Notes under the pieces: model-generated
What the model was told of the DNA's origin: nothing
What the model saw: the letters and a program-made list of their open reading frames with translations, nothing else
The model's database searches: none
Program-made: the position numbers and the translations under genes
Shown here: piece by piece, positions 1-8,083 of the stretch
How the letters are laid out: each line of letters opens with the position of its first letter
Numbering within the stretch: the stretch's first letter is position 1
NCBI GenBank assembly: GCA_963800335.1
Contig: CAWDAN010000006.1
Coordinates: 13,659 to 77,658, forward strand
Length of the DNA stretch: 64,000 nucleotides
Direction of reading: 5' to 3'
Source of the DNA: an uncultured Alphaproteobacteria bacterium
GTDB lineage: Bacteria > Pseudomonadota > Alphaproteobacteria > Sphingomonadales > Sphingomonadaceae

Positions 1-2
1 CG

Positions 3-1007
3 ATGATGGACATGATCCGCGCCGATCTCGCGCTGCTCGGCATCCGTCACGACGTTTTCGCTTCGGAAGCCGAACTGCAGGCGGCGGGCAAGCCCGACGA
101 CGCCGAGGCATGGCTGCGCGCACGCGATCTCGTTTATGACGGCGTCCTCGAAGCGCCCAAGGGCGAAACGCCCGATGACTGGGAACCGGTCGAGCTTCCC
201 CTGTTCCGCTCGACCCGGTTCGGCGACGACCAGGACCGCCCGATCAAGAAGTCGAACGGCAGCTGGACCTATTTCGGTGCCGACCTGGCCTATCATTACC
301 AGAAGGCGCAAAGTTCCGACGAGCTGATCGACATCTGGGGCGCCGACCATGCCGGCACGGTCAAGCGGATCAAGGCGGCGGTGGCCGCGCTGACCGAAGA
401 AAAGACGCGCTTCGACGTCAAGCTGGTCCAGATGGTCCGCCTGCTGCGCGCGGGCGAGCCGATCAAGATGAGCAAGCGCTCGGGCAATTTCGTCACGCTC
501 GCCGATGTCGTCGGCGAAGTCGGCAAGGATGTCGTTCGCTTCACGATGCTGACACGCAAGGCCGATGCGCAGATGGATTTCGATTTCGCCAAGGTCGTCG
601 AGGCGAGCCGCGACAACCCCGTCTGGTACGTCCAGTATGCCCACGCTCGGATCGCTTCGCTGCATCGCAAGGTTGCCGAGCTCGGCATTGCGCTGACTGC
701 GCCCGACCTGTCGCGGCTGGTCGAGGATGAGCTCGCCGTGGTCCGCCTGGCGGCACAATTCCCTCGGATCGTCGAAGCCGCGGCAGCGGCGCGCGAGCCG
801 CACCGCATCGCTTTTTATCTCGGCGACCTGGCCGCGGCGTTCCACGCGTTGTGGAACGTCGGCAACGACGATCCGTCGCGGCGCATGATCGTCGCCGCCG
901 ATCCGATGCTGACCTCGACGAGGCTTTTCATGGCCGATCAAATCGGGCAGGTTATTCGCAACGGTCTCGCGCTCATGGGGGTCGAGGCCGCCGAGGAGCT
1001 GAACTGA
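3..1007 (+). CDS. argS: arginine--tRNA ligase, C-terminal 334 aa (5' end outside the window)
   Basis: ORF open to the window edge. It carries KMSKRSG (class-I KMSKS loop) followed by a DALR-type anticodon-binding domain. Confidence 0.9.
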   Translation: MMDMIRADLALLGIRHDVFASEAELQAAGKPDDAEAWLRARDLVYDGVLEAPKGETPDDWEPVELPLFRSTRFGDDQDRPIKKSNGSWTYFGADLAYHYQKAQSSDELIDIWGADHAGTVKRIKAAVAALTEEKTRFDVKLVQMVRLLRAGEPIKMSKRSGNFVTLADVVGEVGKDVVRFTMLTRKADAQMDFDFAKVVEASRDNPVWYVQYAHARIASLHRKVAELGIALTAPDLSRLVEDELAVVRLAAQFPRIVEAAAAAREPHRIAFYLGDLAAAFHALWNVGNDDPSRRMIVAADPMLTSTRLFMADQIGQVIRNGLALMGVEAAEELN

Positions 1008-1699
1008 TGGACGACGAGCGTAGCGGTCTTGATCTCGAACAGGACGACAGCCTTCCGTGGCTCGAGCCGGTCGACGATTACGATAGCGAACCCGGCAGTT
1101 CGCCGGTCAAGCTGGCACTGGTCGTTATCGCGGGTCTCGCAGTCATCGCGTTTGCTGTGTTTGCCGTGTTCTGGGTGCAGAGCAATCCGCGCGGCGGCGA
1201 GGGCGAACTGATCGTCGCCGAACAGGGCGACTACAAAGTCCCCGCCAGCAATCCGGAAGCGCGCACCTTCGAAGGCGAAGGCGACACCAGCTATGCTGCG
1301 AGCGAAGGCAACGAGCCCGACGGCAAGATCGACCAGTCGCTTGCGCCCGAAGCGCCCGCGATCGGCAAGGCGGCGAACAATGCGCCGGCCAGGACCGCGG
1401 TGGCGACGACCGCACCGGCCAAGCCGGTCGAAGAGGCCGCTGCTTCCACGCCAGCAGCAACGGGCAGCGTCACGCTTCAGCTCGGCGCATTCGCCAGCCG
1501 CAAGGGCGCCGATGCCGCATGGACCTCGCTCACCAAGCGCATTTCCGCGTTGTCGGGCTATGCGCCGGCGATATCGTCGGCCAGCGTCGGCGGCGGCACG
1601 GTCTATCGCCTGCGTACCACCGCCAAGTCGAAAGCCGCTGCCGACAGATTGTGCGAGGCAGTTCGCGCCAAGGGCGAAAATTGCCTCGTCGTCGGGTGA
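1007..1699 (+). CDS. SPOR domain-containing membrane protein
   Basis: ATG 1007 overlaps the argS stop (TGATG). It has an N-terminal TM helix (LALVVIAGLAVIAFAVFAVFWV), an Ala/Pro linker and a C-terminal SPOR-like fold (VTLQLGAFASRKGADAAW...VYRLRT...LCEAVRAKGENCLVV). The listed start at 851 is an Arg-rich extension inside argS. Confidence 0.75.
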   Translation: MDDERSGLDLEQDDSLPWLEPVDDYDSEPGSSPVKLALVVIAGLAVIAFAVFAVFWVQSNPRGGEGELIVAEQGDYKVPASNPEARTFEGEGDTSYAASEGNEPDGKIDQSLAPEAPAIGKAANNAPARTAVATTAPAKPVEEAAASTPAATGSVTLQLGAFASRKGADAAWTSLTKRISALSGYAPAISSASVGGGTVYRLRTTAKSKAAADRLCEAVRAKGENCLVVG

Positions 1700-1721
1700 T
1701 GGCGACGCTTCGAGACGCGCT

Positions 1722-2738
1722 GTGACTCCCGCTATCTTCGGCATGTCGGCGACCGCGCTGACACGCGACGAGACCGAATTTTTCAAGGATGCCGACCCGG
1801 CGGGCTACATCCTGTTCGGGCGCAACATCGAAACCCCCGATCAGGTCCGCGCGCTGACCGACGAACTGCGCAGCCTGCACGGGCGCAACGACCTGGCAAT
1901 CCTGATCGACCAGGAAGGCGGCCGCGTCGCGCGGCTCAAGTCGCCCACCTGGCCCGAATTCCCCACCGGCGAGACCTTCGACCGCCTGTACGACGTCGCC
2001 CCTGCCACCGCGATAGAGGCGGCACGGACCAATGCGCTGGCGCTCGCCGACGTGCTCCACGCGCTCGGCATCACGGTCGATTGCCTGCCGCTGCTCGACG
2101 TCCGCCAGCCGGGCGCCGACGACATCATCGGCGACCGCGCGCTCGGGTCCGATCCGATGCGCGTCGCCGCGCTCGGGCGCGCGATCCTCGACGGGCTGCG
2201 CGGCGGCGGTGTGGTCGGCGTCGTCAAACATATTCCCGGCCATGGCCGCGCGCTGTGCGACAGCCACAAGGCGCTGCCGCGCGTCAGCGCGAGCGATGCC
2301 GAACTCGCCGATGACCTCGCCCCGTTCATTGCGCTCAACGAGGCCCCGATGGCGATGACCGCGCACATCGTTTACGAAGCGTGGGACGCCGAGCATCCGG
2401 CGACGCAATCGCGCATCGTCATCGACGACATCATTCGCGGCCGGATCGGGTTCGACGGCCTGCTGATGAGCGACGATCTCGACATGGAGGCGCTCAGTGG
2501 CAGCGTTCCCGAACGCGCCAGTCGCGCGATCGCCGCGGGCTGCGACCTCGCGCTCAACTGCTGGGCCAAGATGGACGACATGGTCGGCATTGCCGCTGCC
2601 CTGCCCGCTATCACCCACGCGGCAAAAGCGCGGCTGGCCGGCGCGATGGCGCGCATTTCGGGCCCACGGGACGACCGCTCCTATGCCGAACTGGCGGCGC
2701 AGCGCGATGCACTGATCGCCGCGGCGTCGGCGACCTGA
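1722..2738 (+). CDS. nagZ: beta-N-acetylhexosaminidase (peptidoglycan recycling)
   Basis: The 3' two-thirds of ORF 1293..2738 match glycoside hydrolase family 3 NagZ (AILIDQEGGRVARL, KHIPGHGRA, LLMSDDLDMEAL). Start chosen at in-frame GTG 1722 (VTPAIFGMS...); ATG 1743 is an alternative. The upstream part of the ORF is Arg/Pro-rich overlap with the SPOR gene. Confidence 0.85.
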   Translation: MTPAIFGMSATALTRDETEFFKDADPAGYILFGRNIETPDQVRALTDELRSLHGRNDLAILIDQEGGRVARLKSPTWPEFPTGETFDRLYDVAPATAIEAARTNALALADVLHALGITVDCLPLLDVRQPGADDIIGDRALGSDPMRVAALGRAILDGLRGGGVVGVVKHIPGHGRALCDSHKALPRVSASDAELADDLAPFIALNEAPMAMTAHIVYEAWDAEHPATQSRIVIDDIIRGRIGFDGLLMSDDLDMEALSGSVPERASRAIAAGCDLALNCWAKMDDMVGIAAALPAITHAAKARLAGAMARISGPRDDRSYAELAAQRDALIAAASAT

Positions 2739-2740
2739 TC

Positions 2741-3529
2741 GTGGCGCAGGGTGACCTGGGCGCCGACAGTTTCGAGTTGCCGGTGACCGCGGCCGCCCCG
2801 GTCGGCGAGGATGTCTTTACCGTCGAGCTCGACAACTGGGAGGGGCCGCTCGACCTGCTGCTGACGCTCGCGCGGCGGCAGAAGGTCGATCTCAAGGCGA
2901 TCTCGATTCTCGACCTGGTCGAGCAATATCTCGGCTTCATCGCCGAGGCGACCGACATGAAGCTTGAGATCGCCGCCGATTATCTCGTTATGGCGGCTTG
3001 GCTCGCCTATCTCAAATCGGGTCTGTTGCTGCCCGGCGATCCCGATCTCGACCCCTCGCCCGAGACGCTGGCGCTGCGCCTCCAGCTCAGGCTCCAGCGG
3101 CTCCATGCCATGCGCGAGGCGGCGGCACGGTTGATGGCGCGCGACCGCACCGGGCGCGACGTCTTCGTGCGCGCCGCGCCCGAAGGGCTACGGACGGTAA
3201 GGAAGCGGCAGTGGACCGCTTCGCTCTATGATTTGCTCGTCTCCTACGGCCGCGTCCAGGCACGCACCGCGCCCGTCACCCACATGGTCGCCAATCGCCA
3301 GGTGATGACGCTCGATGCCGCACTTGATCGCGTGGCGCGGCTGGTCGGCGCGACGATCGACTGGACCCGGATCGAGGCGTTCCTGCCCGAAAGCTATGCC
3401 GGGTCGCTGCGCAAGTCGGCGCTGGCGTCGAGCTTTCTCGCCGCGCTCGAACTGGCGCGGCAGGGCAAGGTAACGCTGCGCCAGGATGGCGCGTTCGCAC
3501 CGCTATATTTGAAAGGCGGTTCGACATGA
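2741..3529 (+). CDS. scpA: segregation and condensation protein A
   Basis: GTG 2741 lies 2 nt after the nagZ stop. ScpA signature LDNWEGPLDLLLTLARRQKVDLKAISILDLVEQYLGFI. The listed 2381 start runs inside nagZ. Confidence 0.85.
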   Translation: MAQGDLGADSFELPVTAAAPVGEDVFTVELDNWEGPLDLLLTLARRQKVDLKAISILDLVEQYLGFIAEATDMKLEIAADYLVMAAWLAYLKSGLLLPGDPDLDPSPETLALRLQLRLQRLHAMREAAARLMARDRTGRDVFVRAAPEGLRTVRKRQWTASLYDLLVSYGRVQARTAPVTHMVANRQVMTLDAALDRVARLVGATIDWTRIEAFLPESYAGSLRKSALASSFLAALELARQGKVTLRQDGAFAPLYLKGGST

Positions 3530-4155
3530 GCGATTCCGCCGGCGACGCTCCCGACGATTTCGAACGCGCGGTCGAGGCGGCGGTGTTCGCCGCCGACGCG
3601 CCGATGAGCCCCGTCGAGATCGCCGCCTATGTTGGCGACGGGCCGGTAGCCGACGCGCTCACGGCGATCGCCCAGCGCCACGCCGGGCGCGGCATCGAAC
3701 TCGTCGAGCGCGGCGGGCGCTGGCATTTCCAGACCGCCGCCGACCTTGCGCACCTGCTCCGCCGAGAGCGCGACGAGCCGCGCAAACTGACGCGTGCCGG
3801 GCTCGAGGTGCTGGCGATCATTGCCTACCATGAGCCGGTCAGCCGCGCCGAAATCGAATCGATCCGCGGCGTCCAGACCGCGCGCGGAACGCTCGACGTG
3901 CTGATGGAGGCGGGCTGGATCCGTCCCGCCGGTCGCCGCGACGTTCCCGGTCGACCGATCATTTACCGCACGACACCCGACTTCCTTACGCACTTCGGGC
4001 TCGAGAGCCGCAAGGACCTGCCCGGTCTCGACGACCTCAAGGCCGCGGGATTGCTCGATGCGGTCGACGATGCGCTTGAGCACGCTCTTGAAGATGCAAT
4101 CGGCAATGACGAATTAACGCGGGCCGAACTGGTAAAGGATGGCGAGACCGAGTAG
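3526..4155 (+). CDS. scpB: segregation and condensation protein B
   Basis: ATGA overlap with scpA. ScpB winged-helix repeats (AVEAAVFAADAPMSPVEIA..., LEVLAIIAYHEPVSRAEIESIRGV). Confidence 0.85.
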   Translation: MSDSAGDAPDDFERAVEAAVFAADAPMSPVEIAAYVGDGPVADALTAIAQRHAGRGIELVERGGRWHFQTAADLAHLLRRERDEPRKLTRAGLEVLAIIAYHEPVSRAEIESIRGVQTARGTLDVLMEAGWIRPAGRRDVPGRPIIYRTTPDFLTHFGLESRKDLPGLDDLKAAGLLDAVDDALEHALEDAIGNDELTRAELVKDGETE

Positions 4156-4198
4156 GGTCGCAGGCTAGCATTTACGGCGGGATTTACGGAGTATTTCG

Positions 4199-4480
4199 AT
4201 GGGTGGTTTCAGCATCTGGCACTGGCTCGTTCTGGGCGTCATCGTCCTGCTGTTGTTCGGCAAGGGGCGGTTTTCGGACATGATGGGCGATGTCGCCAAA
4301 GGCATCAAAAGCTTCAAGCAGGGCATGAGCGAAGACGACGCCAAGCCCGATGGCTCGCCGACCGCCCAGGGCCGGATCGAAGTCCAGCCGCCGCGCGACC
4401 TGTCGGCATCGCCGCCACCGGCCGAACAGCCGCATGTCGCGCCTGCGCCATCCGAACCCGGCGACGGCCGCCAGGGCTAG
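4199..4480 (+). CDS. tatA: twin-arginine translocase subunit TatA/E
   Basis: [25 protein letters not shown]: canonical TatA TM helix plus amphipathic helix. First gene of tatABC. Confidence 0.9.
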   Translation: MGGFSIWHWLVLGVIVLLLFGKGRFSDMMGDVAKGIKSFKQGMSEDDAKPDGSPTAQGRIEVQPPRDLSASPPPAEQPHVAPAPSEPGDGRQG

Positions 4481-4516
4481 GCCCGACTGAAAAGGGGCCG
4501 CGGGGCCGCCAATCCT

Positions 4517-4897
4517 ATGTTCGATATCGGATCGACCGAATTGCTGATGGTCGCGGTGGTGGCCTTGGTCGTCATCGGGCCCAAGGACCTGCCCAAGGCG
4601 ATGCGCGTCGTTGGCCACTGGGTCGGCAAGGCACGTGGTTTCGCGCGCCAGATGCGCGCCGGCTTCGACGATATCGTGCGTGAGAGCGAGCTGGCCGAGC
4701 TCGAAAAGAAATGGGCCGAGGAAAACGCCCGGATCATGCGCGAATTTCCTTCGACCGGCGATACGATGGAAATGCAGCCGCTGGCGCCGCCTGCTGCGAC
4801 AACGGCCGACGAACCGTTGCTGCCCGGGATCGACGAGAGCAAGGCGTCGCCTGACGATGGATCGCCCGACACCGACGAACGGGGACCGGCGCAGTGA
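4517..4897 (+). CDS. tatB: twin-arginine translocase subunit TatB
   Basis: MFDIGSTELLMVAVVALVVIGPKDLPKAMR: TatB N-terminus. Lies between tatA and tatC. Confidence 0.88.
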   Translation: MFDIGSTELLMVAVVALVVIGPKDLPKAMRVVGHWVGKARGFARQMRAGFDDIVRESELAELEKKWAEENARIMREFPSTGDTMEMQPLAPPAATTADEPLLPGIDESKASPDDGSPDTDERGPAQ

Positions 4898-5673
4898 CCG
4901 ACCAGGACGTCCCGCCCGAAGCCGGTGAGATCGACGCGAGCAAGGCGCCTTTGCTCGAGCACCTGATCGAATTGCGCTCGCGGCTCTTGTGGTCGCTCGC
5001 GGCGATCGTCGTGGCGTTCTTCGCCTGTCTCTATTTCGCGCGCGATATCTTCGCCTTCCTCGTCCAGCCGCTGGTGGCGGCGGGGCAGGGCAAGATCATC
5101 TATACCCAGCTGTTCGAGGCGTTCTTTGTCGAGATCAAGGTGGCGCTGTTCGCGGCGATGATGATCGCCTTTCCGGTGATCGCCAACCAGCTGTGGAAGT
5201 TCGTCGCGCCGGGGCTGTATGGCAAGGAAAAGCGGGCGTTGCTGCCCTTCCTGCTTGCCACCCCGGTGCTCTTCTTCACCGGCGCAAGTCTCGCTTATTA
5301 CGGCGCGGTGCCGGTCGCGCTCAAGTTCCTGCTCGGTTATCAGGGCGATTATGGCGGGATCACGCAGGAGGCGCTGCCTGCGGTCGGCAACTATCTCGAC
5401 TTCATCATGCGGTTCATCATGGCGTTCGGCATCGCATTCCAGCTGCCGATCCTGCTGATGTTGCTCGAGCGTGCGGGCGTCGTCAGCTATGACCAGCTGA
5501 AATCGGCCAGGCGTTATGCGATCGTTGCGGCGTTCCTTATCGCCGCGATCTTTACCCCGCCCGATGTGCTGAGCCAGTTCATGCTCGCGCTGCCGATCGT
5601 GCTGCTGTACGAAATTTCGTTGATCGCGATTCGCATCACGCAAAGAAAAAGGGCGGCTCAGCCGTCAGACTGA
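4894..5673 (+). CDS. tatC: twin-arginine translocase subunit TatC
   Basis: GTGA overlap with tatB. 259-aa, 6-TM protein with TatC motifs (PLLEHLIELRSRLL, FTPPDVLSQ). Confidence 0.9.
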   Translation: MTDQDVPPEAGEIDASKAPLLEHLIELRSRLLWSLAAIVVAFFACLYFARDIFAFLVQPLVAAGQGKIIYTQLFEAFFVEIKVALFAAMMIAFPVIANQLWKFVAPGLYGKEKRALLPFLLATPVLFFTGASLAYYGAVPVALKFLLGYQGDYGGITQEALPAVGNYLDFIMRFIMAFGIAFQLPILLMLLERAGVVSYDQLKSARRYAIVAAFLIAAIFTPPDVLSQFMLALPIVLLYEISLIAIRITQRKRAAQPSD

Positions 5674-5685
5674 GCCGCCCTTTTG
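5646..5685. terminator. bidirectional intrinsic terminator shared by tatC (+) and the entericidin ORF (-)
   Basis: AAAAA-GGGCGGCTCAG-ccgtcaga-CTGAGCCGCCC-TTTT: an 11-bp GC stem flanked by an A-run and a T-run. The tatC stop lies in the descending arm. Confidence 0.8.
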
Positions 5686-5703
5686 CCATTCGGTGTTGGC
5701 GTA

Positions 5704-5832
5704 TCAATCGGCAGCGTCGGCAACCGTATCGCCAACCGATTCAACGTCCTTGCCCATGCCGTGGATCGTGTTGCACGCCGAAATGAACAGCATGCTCGAA
5801 GCGGCGAGGCCAATCAGAACCTTGCGAACCAT
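5704..5832 (-). CDS. entericidin A/B family lipoprotein (42 aa), absent from the ORF track
   Basis: My own translation of the minus strand gives MVRKVLIGLAASSMLFISACNTIHGMGKDVESVGDTVADAAD. It has a lipobox (ISAC), the entericidin-like core CNT.(H/R)G.G.D....G and a strong RBS (AAGGAGAAcgattATG). It ends at the bidirectional terminator. Confidence 0.8.
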   Translation of the reverse strand: MVRKVLIGLAASSMLFISACNTIHGMGKDVESVGDTVADAAD

Positions 5833-5892
5833 AATCGTTCTCCTTGTCTGGGGACCGGAGCATTGCCGGCACCCCTTGGATGACGACCTATA

Positions 5893-5917
5893 AACCCGCG
5901 ACGGGGTTGCGGGTTCC
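5893..5917 (-). promoter_or_regulatory. EcfG-like (general stress response) promoter upstream of the entericidin ORF
   Basis: Minus strand GGAAC (5917-5913), 16 nt, GGTT (5896-5893). One mismatch in the -10 box relative to GGAAC-N16-CGTT. About 55 nt upstream of the ATG. Confidence 0.4.
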
Positions 5918-5991
5918 CTTCACGCGTTAACGACTGGGCCGATGTCAGGGGCACCCTGCCACCCAAGGTAAGTTGAAAGGCGGGGTCTGGA

Positions 5992-6097
5992 ACGAAAACC
6001 GGGCCCGGTGGCGCCTCGGGGGGGGGAGGGAGTGCGCGACCGGGCCCGTATCGTGGGGATAGCGAGAGCGGGGGGGCAATATATTCGCTATCCGACT
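5992..6097 (-). ncRNA. candidate trans-acting sRNA with two C-rich hairpin loops (GsrN-like architecture)
   Basis: Minus strand. Hairpin 1 is GGATAGCGA/TCGCTATCC (6093-6057) with C7 in the loop. Hairpin 2 is GGGCCCGGTcGCGC/GCGCcACCGGGCCC (6047-6001) with loop CCCTCCCCCCCCC, followed by GGTTTTCGTT. No plausible ORF. An exact EcfG promoter lies just upstream. The 5' end is estimated, not observed. Confidence 0.5.
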
Positions 6098-6102
6098 ATC
6101 AT

Positions 6103-6127
6103 AACGGCGCAGGACGATAGGGGTTCC
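6103..6127 (-). promoter_or_regulatory. EcfG/SigT-type general stress promoter (exact consensus)
   Basis: Minus strand GGAAC (6127-6123), exactly 16 nt, CGTT (6106-6103). No protein gene lies downstream on this strand before the terminator hairpin. Confidence 0.6.
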
Positions 6128-6277
6128 CGAGTTTTTGAACTTTTTTGTCGAGGCGCGAAAATGGTAGATTTTCGTGGGGTTTCGCCCGCATCGGGGACGT
6201 GGCGATCACCAGCAGTCTGGCTATATGGCAAAAAAGCGCCAAATAGGATCGATGTCTATGCGTAGAGGAGGCCGTTG

Positions 6278-6631
6278 ATGGCCCTTGAGAGACAGGAAAC
6301 CGAGACACGCGAAACGACCCGTCGCCTGCAAATGGGCGGACTGGGATTGTTCGTCGTCCTGCTGATGATCAGCATCGCCGGCCTGATGGGCGAGCGCGAC
6401 GGAGTCGATCGTCCGCCCGATCCGACCGACGCGGCAAACGGACTCGACATGACCGCCTCGAATGAACCGCTCGTCGAACTTGGCGTCCAACCGCCGCTCA
6501 AGGATTCGGCCGCGCAGAACGACGTAACGCCGGTGCCGCCGCCTGCGACGCAGCCGAACAGCGCGCCGCAGGTCGTGCCCGACCTCAGGCCCGATCCGGA
6601 ACTCGATAAAGCGAAGCGCCAGAACCAGTGA
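6278..6631 (+). CDS. hypothetical single-pass membrane protein (117 aa)
   Basis: RBS GAGGAGG lies 6 nt before ATG 6278. One TM helix (LGLFVVLLMISIAGLM), then a Pro/Asp-rich tail. No family recognised. Confidence 0.5.
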   Translation: MALERQETETRETTRRLQMGGLGLFVVLLMISIAGLMGERDGVDRPPDPTDAANGLDMTASNEPLVELGVQPPLKDSAAQNDVTPVPPPATQPNSAPQVVPDLRPDPELDKAKRQNQ

Positions 6632-7863
6632 CGCGAGTACGCAGTGCGAGCCTTTATGCCGTCGCCGCAGGGGGTGCCGCTGCGCTGTTGGTGATCGGCT
6701 GGGGACTGACCCTGGGCGGCGGGCTGCAGCTCGGCCGGCTCGACCCGCTGTTTTCCTTGCCCGGGCGGATCGTGGTCGCCGCCGGGCTGGCAATCCTGAT
6801 GCGCGCACGTCCCCGCGTCGAGGCGCTTGTCGCCGCGCTGGTCATGCTCGTCCTGAGCCTCGCGCTGGATGTCGCGCTGGGTATCGTGCTGGCGACGCGC
6901 TTTGCCTGGCCGCAGGCAATCTTCGCATTGGTGGTGCAGGCTGCCGTCTGGGCAGCGGCGCATGTCGTCCTGACCCGGATCGGCGGCCGGTCGCCGGGCC
7001 TAGTTGTTACCGGTTTCGCAGCGGGCGCGGCGCTGCTTGCGATCGCCGCAGGGTGGCTGACACCCGCAATGTATGCGCCAGCGAGAAGCGGAACAACGCC
7101 GCGGCTGGCAATCGTATCGGGCGTCCCGATCGAGTGGAGCGGACCCGCCGACATGACGGCGATCCTCGACAACAGCGCGCAGCAATCACCGCTGCTGCCG
7201 GCATTCGCCGCACGGTTTTCGGTCGTCCAGCCCGATGTCATCGATGCAGCGCGGCTTAAAGGCGTCGATGTCCTGCTGCTCGCCCATCCGCGCGCCCTGC
7301 AGCCAGCCGAACTCGTCGCGATCGATCGCTGGGTTCGCGATGGCGGTCGTGCGCTGATCCTCGCCGATGCGCTGCTCTCGTGGCCGCCCGATTATCCGCT
7401 CGGCGATCGCCGCAATCCGCCGATCACCAGCCTGCTGACGCCGATGCTCGGCCATTGGGGTCTCGCACTCGACCCGCCTGCCAGCGACGGCGACGATGTC
7501 TTCATGGCGGGCGGTTCGCGGGTCCATGCGCTGAGCACGGGCCGGTTTCACACAACCGGTCGCGACTGCGCGATCGCACTAGCGGGCCGCAGCGCCGAAT
7601 GCAGACTGGGTCGCGGCCGGGCGGTGCTGATCGCCGACGCGGACCTGCTCAACCCCGTTTTATGGTCGGGCGGTGGTGCCAGCGCGGCGCGCTGGCGCGA
7701 GGGTAATCTCGACTGGATCATCGGACAGATCGAACAACTGGCCGGTTCGCAACGCGCCGCGATGGCGATGCCGTCGTGGAAAACGGCAGGCCCCGATCGC
7801 GGCGAGTCGGCAAGGTCGGCTGGTAAGTCACAGGAACAAGGGGGGAACCTCGATCAACGATGA
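6628..7863 (+). CDS. hypothetical polytopic membrane protein with a C-terminal soluble domain (411 aa)
   Basis: GTGA overlap with the preceding ORF. About 5 N-terminal TM helices, then a domain with LLLAHPRALQPAELVAIDRWVRDGGRALILADA, loosely reminiscent of GldG/DUF4350-type folds. The overlapping minus-strand ORFs are Arg/Pro-rich artefacts. Confidence 0.55.
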   Translation: MTRVRSASLYAVAAGGAAALLVIGWGLTLGGGLQLGRLDPLFSLPGRIVVAAGLAILMRARPRVEALVAALVMLVLSLALDVALGIVLATRFAWPQAIFALVVQAAVWAAAHVVLTRIGGRSPGLVVTGFAAGAALLAIAAGWLTPAMYAPARSGTTPRLAIVSGVPIEWSGPADMTAILDNSAQQSPLLPAFAARFSVVQPDVIDAARLKGVDVLLLAHPRALQPAELVAIDRWVRDGGRALILADALLSWPPDYPLGDRRNPPITSLLTPMLGHWGLALDPPASDGDDVFMAGGSRVHALSTGRFHTTGRDCAIALAGRSAECRLGRGRAVLIADADLLNPVLWSGGGASAARWREGNLDWIIGQIEQLAGSQRAAMAMPSWKTAGPDRGESARSAGKSQEQGGNLDQR

Positions 7864-8083
7864 CGAAAGCAGACCGGTAAAAACCCGCGGAAAACCGTTT
7901 ATTGACGAAGTATCCCTAATTTTCCCGTAATATCCCCTTTTCACCCGCGTCGGTCACTGGTATGTCCTTGTGGGAGAGGGGCACTTATCCGTGCTGCACT
8001 AATTCCCGGACCGCCGATCATGCGCGCGGCCCGTCGGAGGCGGCTGTGTCCCGCTCGGACGGCTTGGTATCAAGGGGTGAACA

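Noticed and set aside
5893-5915. Hairpin AACCCGC-N8-GCGGGTT, first read as a minus-strand terminator
   Set aside because: Only a weak TTTA follows it. The hairpin lies exactly in the 16-nt spacer of a GGAAC...GGTT EcfG-like promoter for the entericidin ORF, which explains its position better.
6001-6076. Plus-strand G-runs (G3, G9, G3, G3, G4, G7) as a possible G-quadruplex element
   Set aside because: The same bases are the C-rich loops and stems of two well-formed minus-strand hairpins preceded by a promoter and followed by a U-tract. The sRNA reading accounts for all of the structure. The G4 idea cannot be excluded, but it adds nothing testable from sequence.
6221-6963. Two overlapping minus-strand ORFs (195 and 235 aa) opposite the hypothetical membrane-protein genes
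   Set aside because: The translations are Arg/Pro/Ser-rich and lack an RBS. The plus-strand frames give coherent TM helices, an RBS and a GTGA coupling, so I kept the plus-strand calls, with only moderate confidence.
7864-8083. dcw promoter and MraZ operator repeats upstream of mraZ
   Set aside because: There is a TTGACG with only a poor -10 candidate (CGTAAT at 18 nt) and just one GTGGG-type box. I could not find the series of direct repeats expected for MraZ binding, so no feature is claimed.
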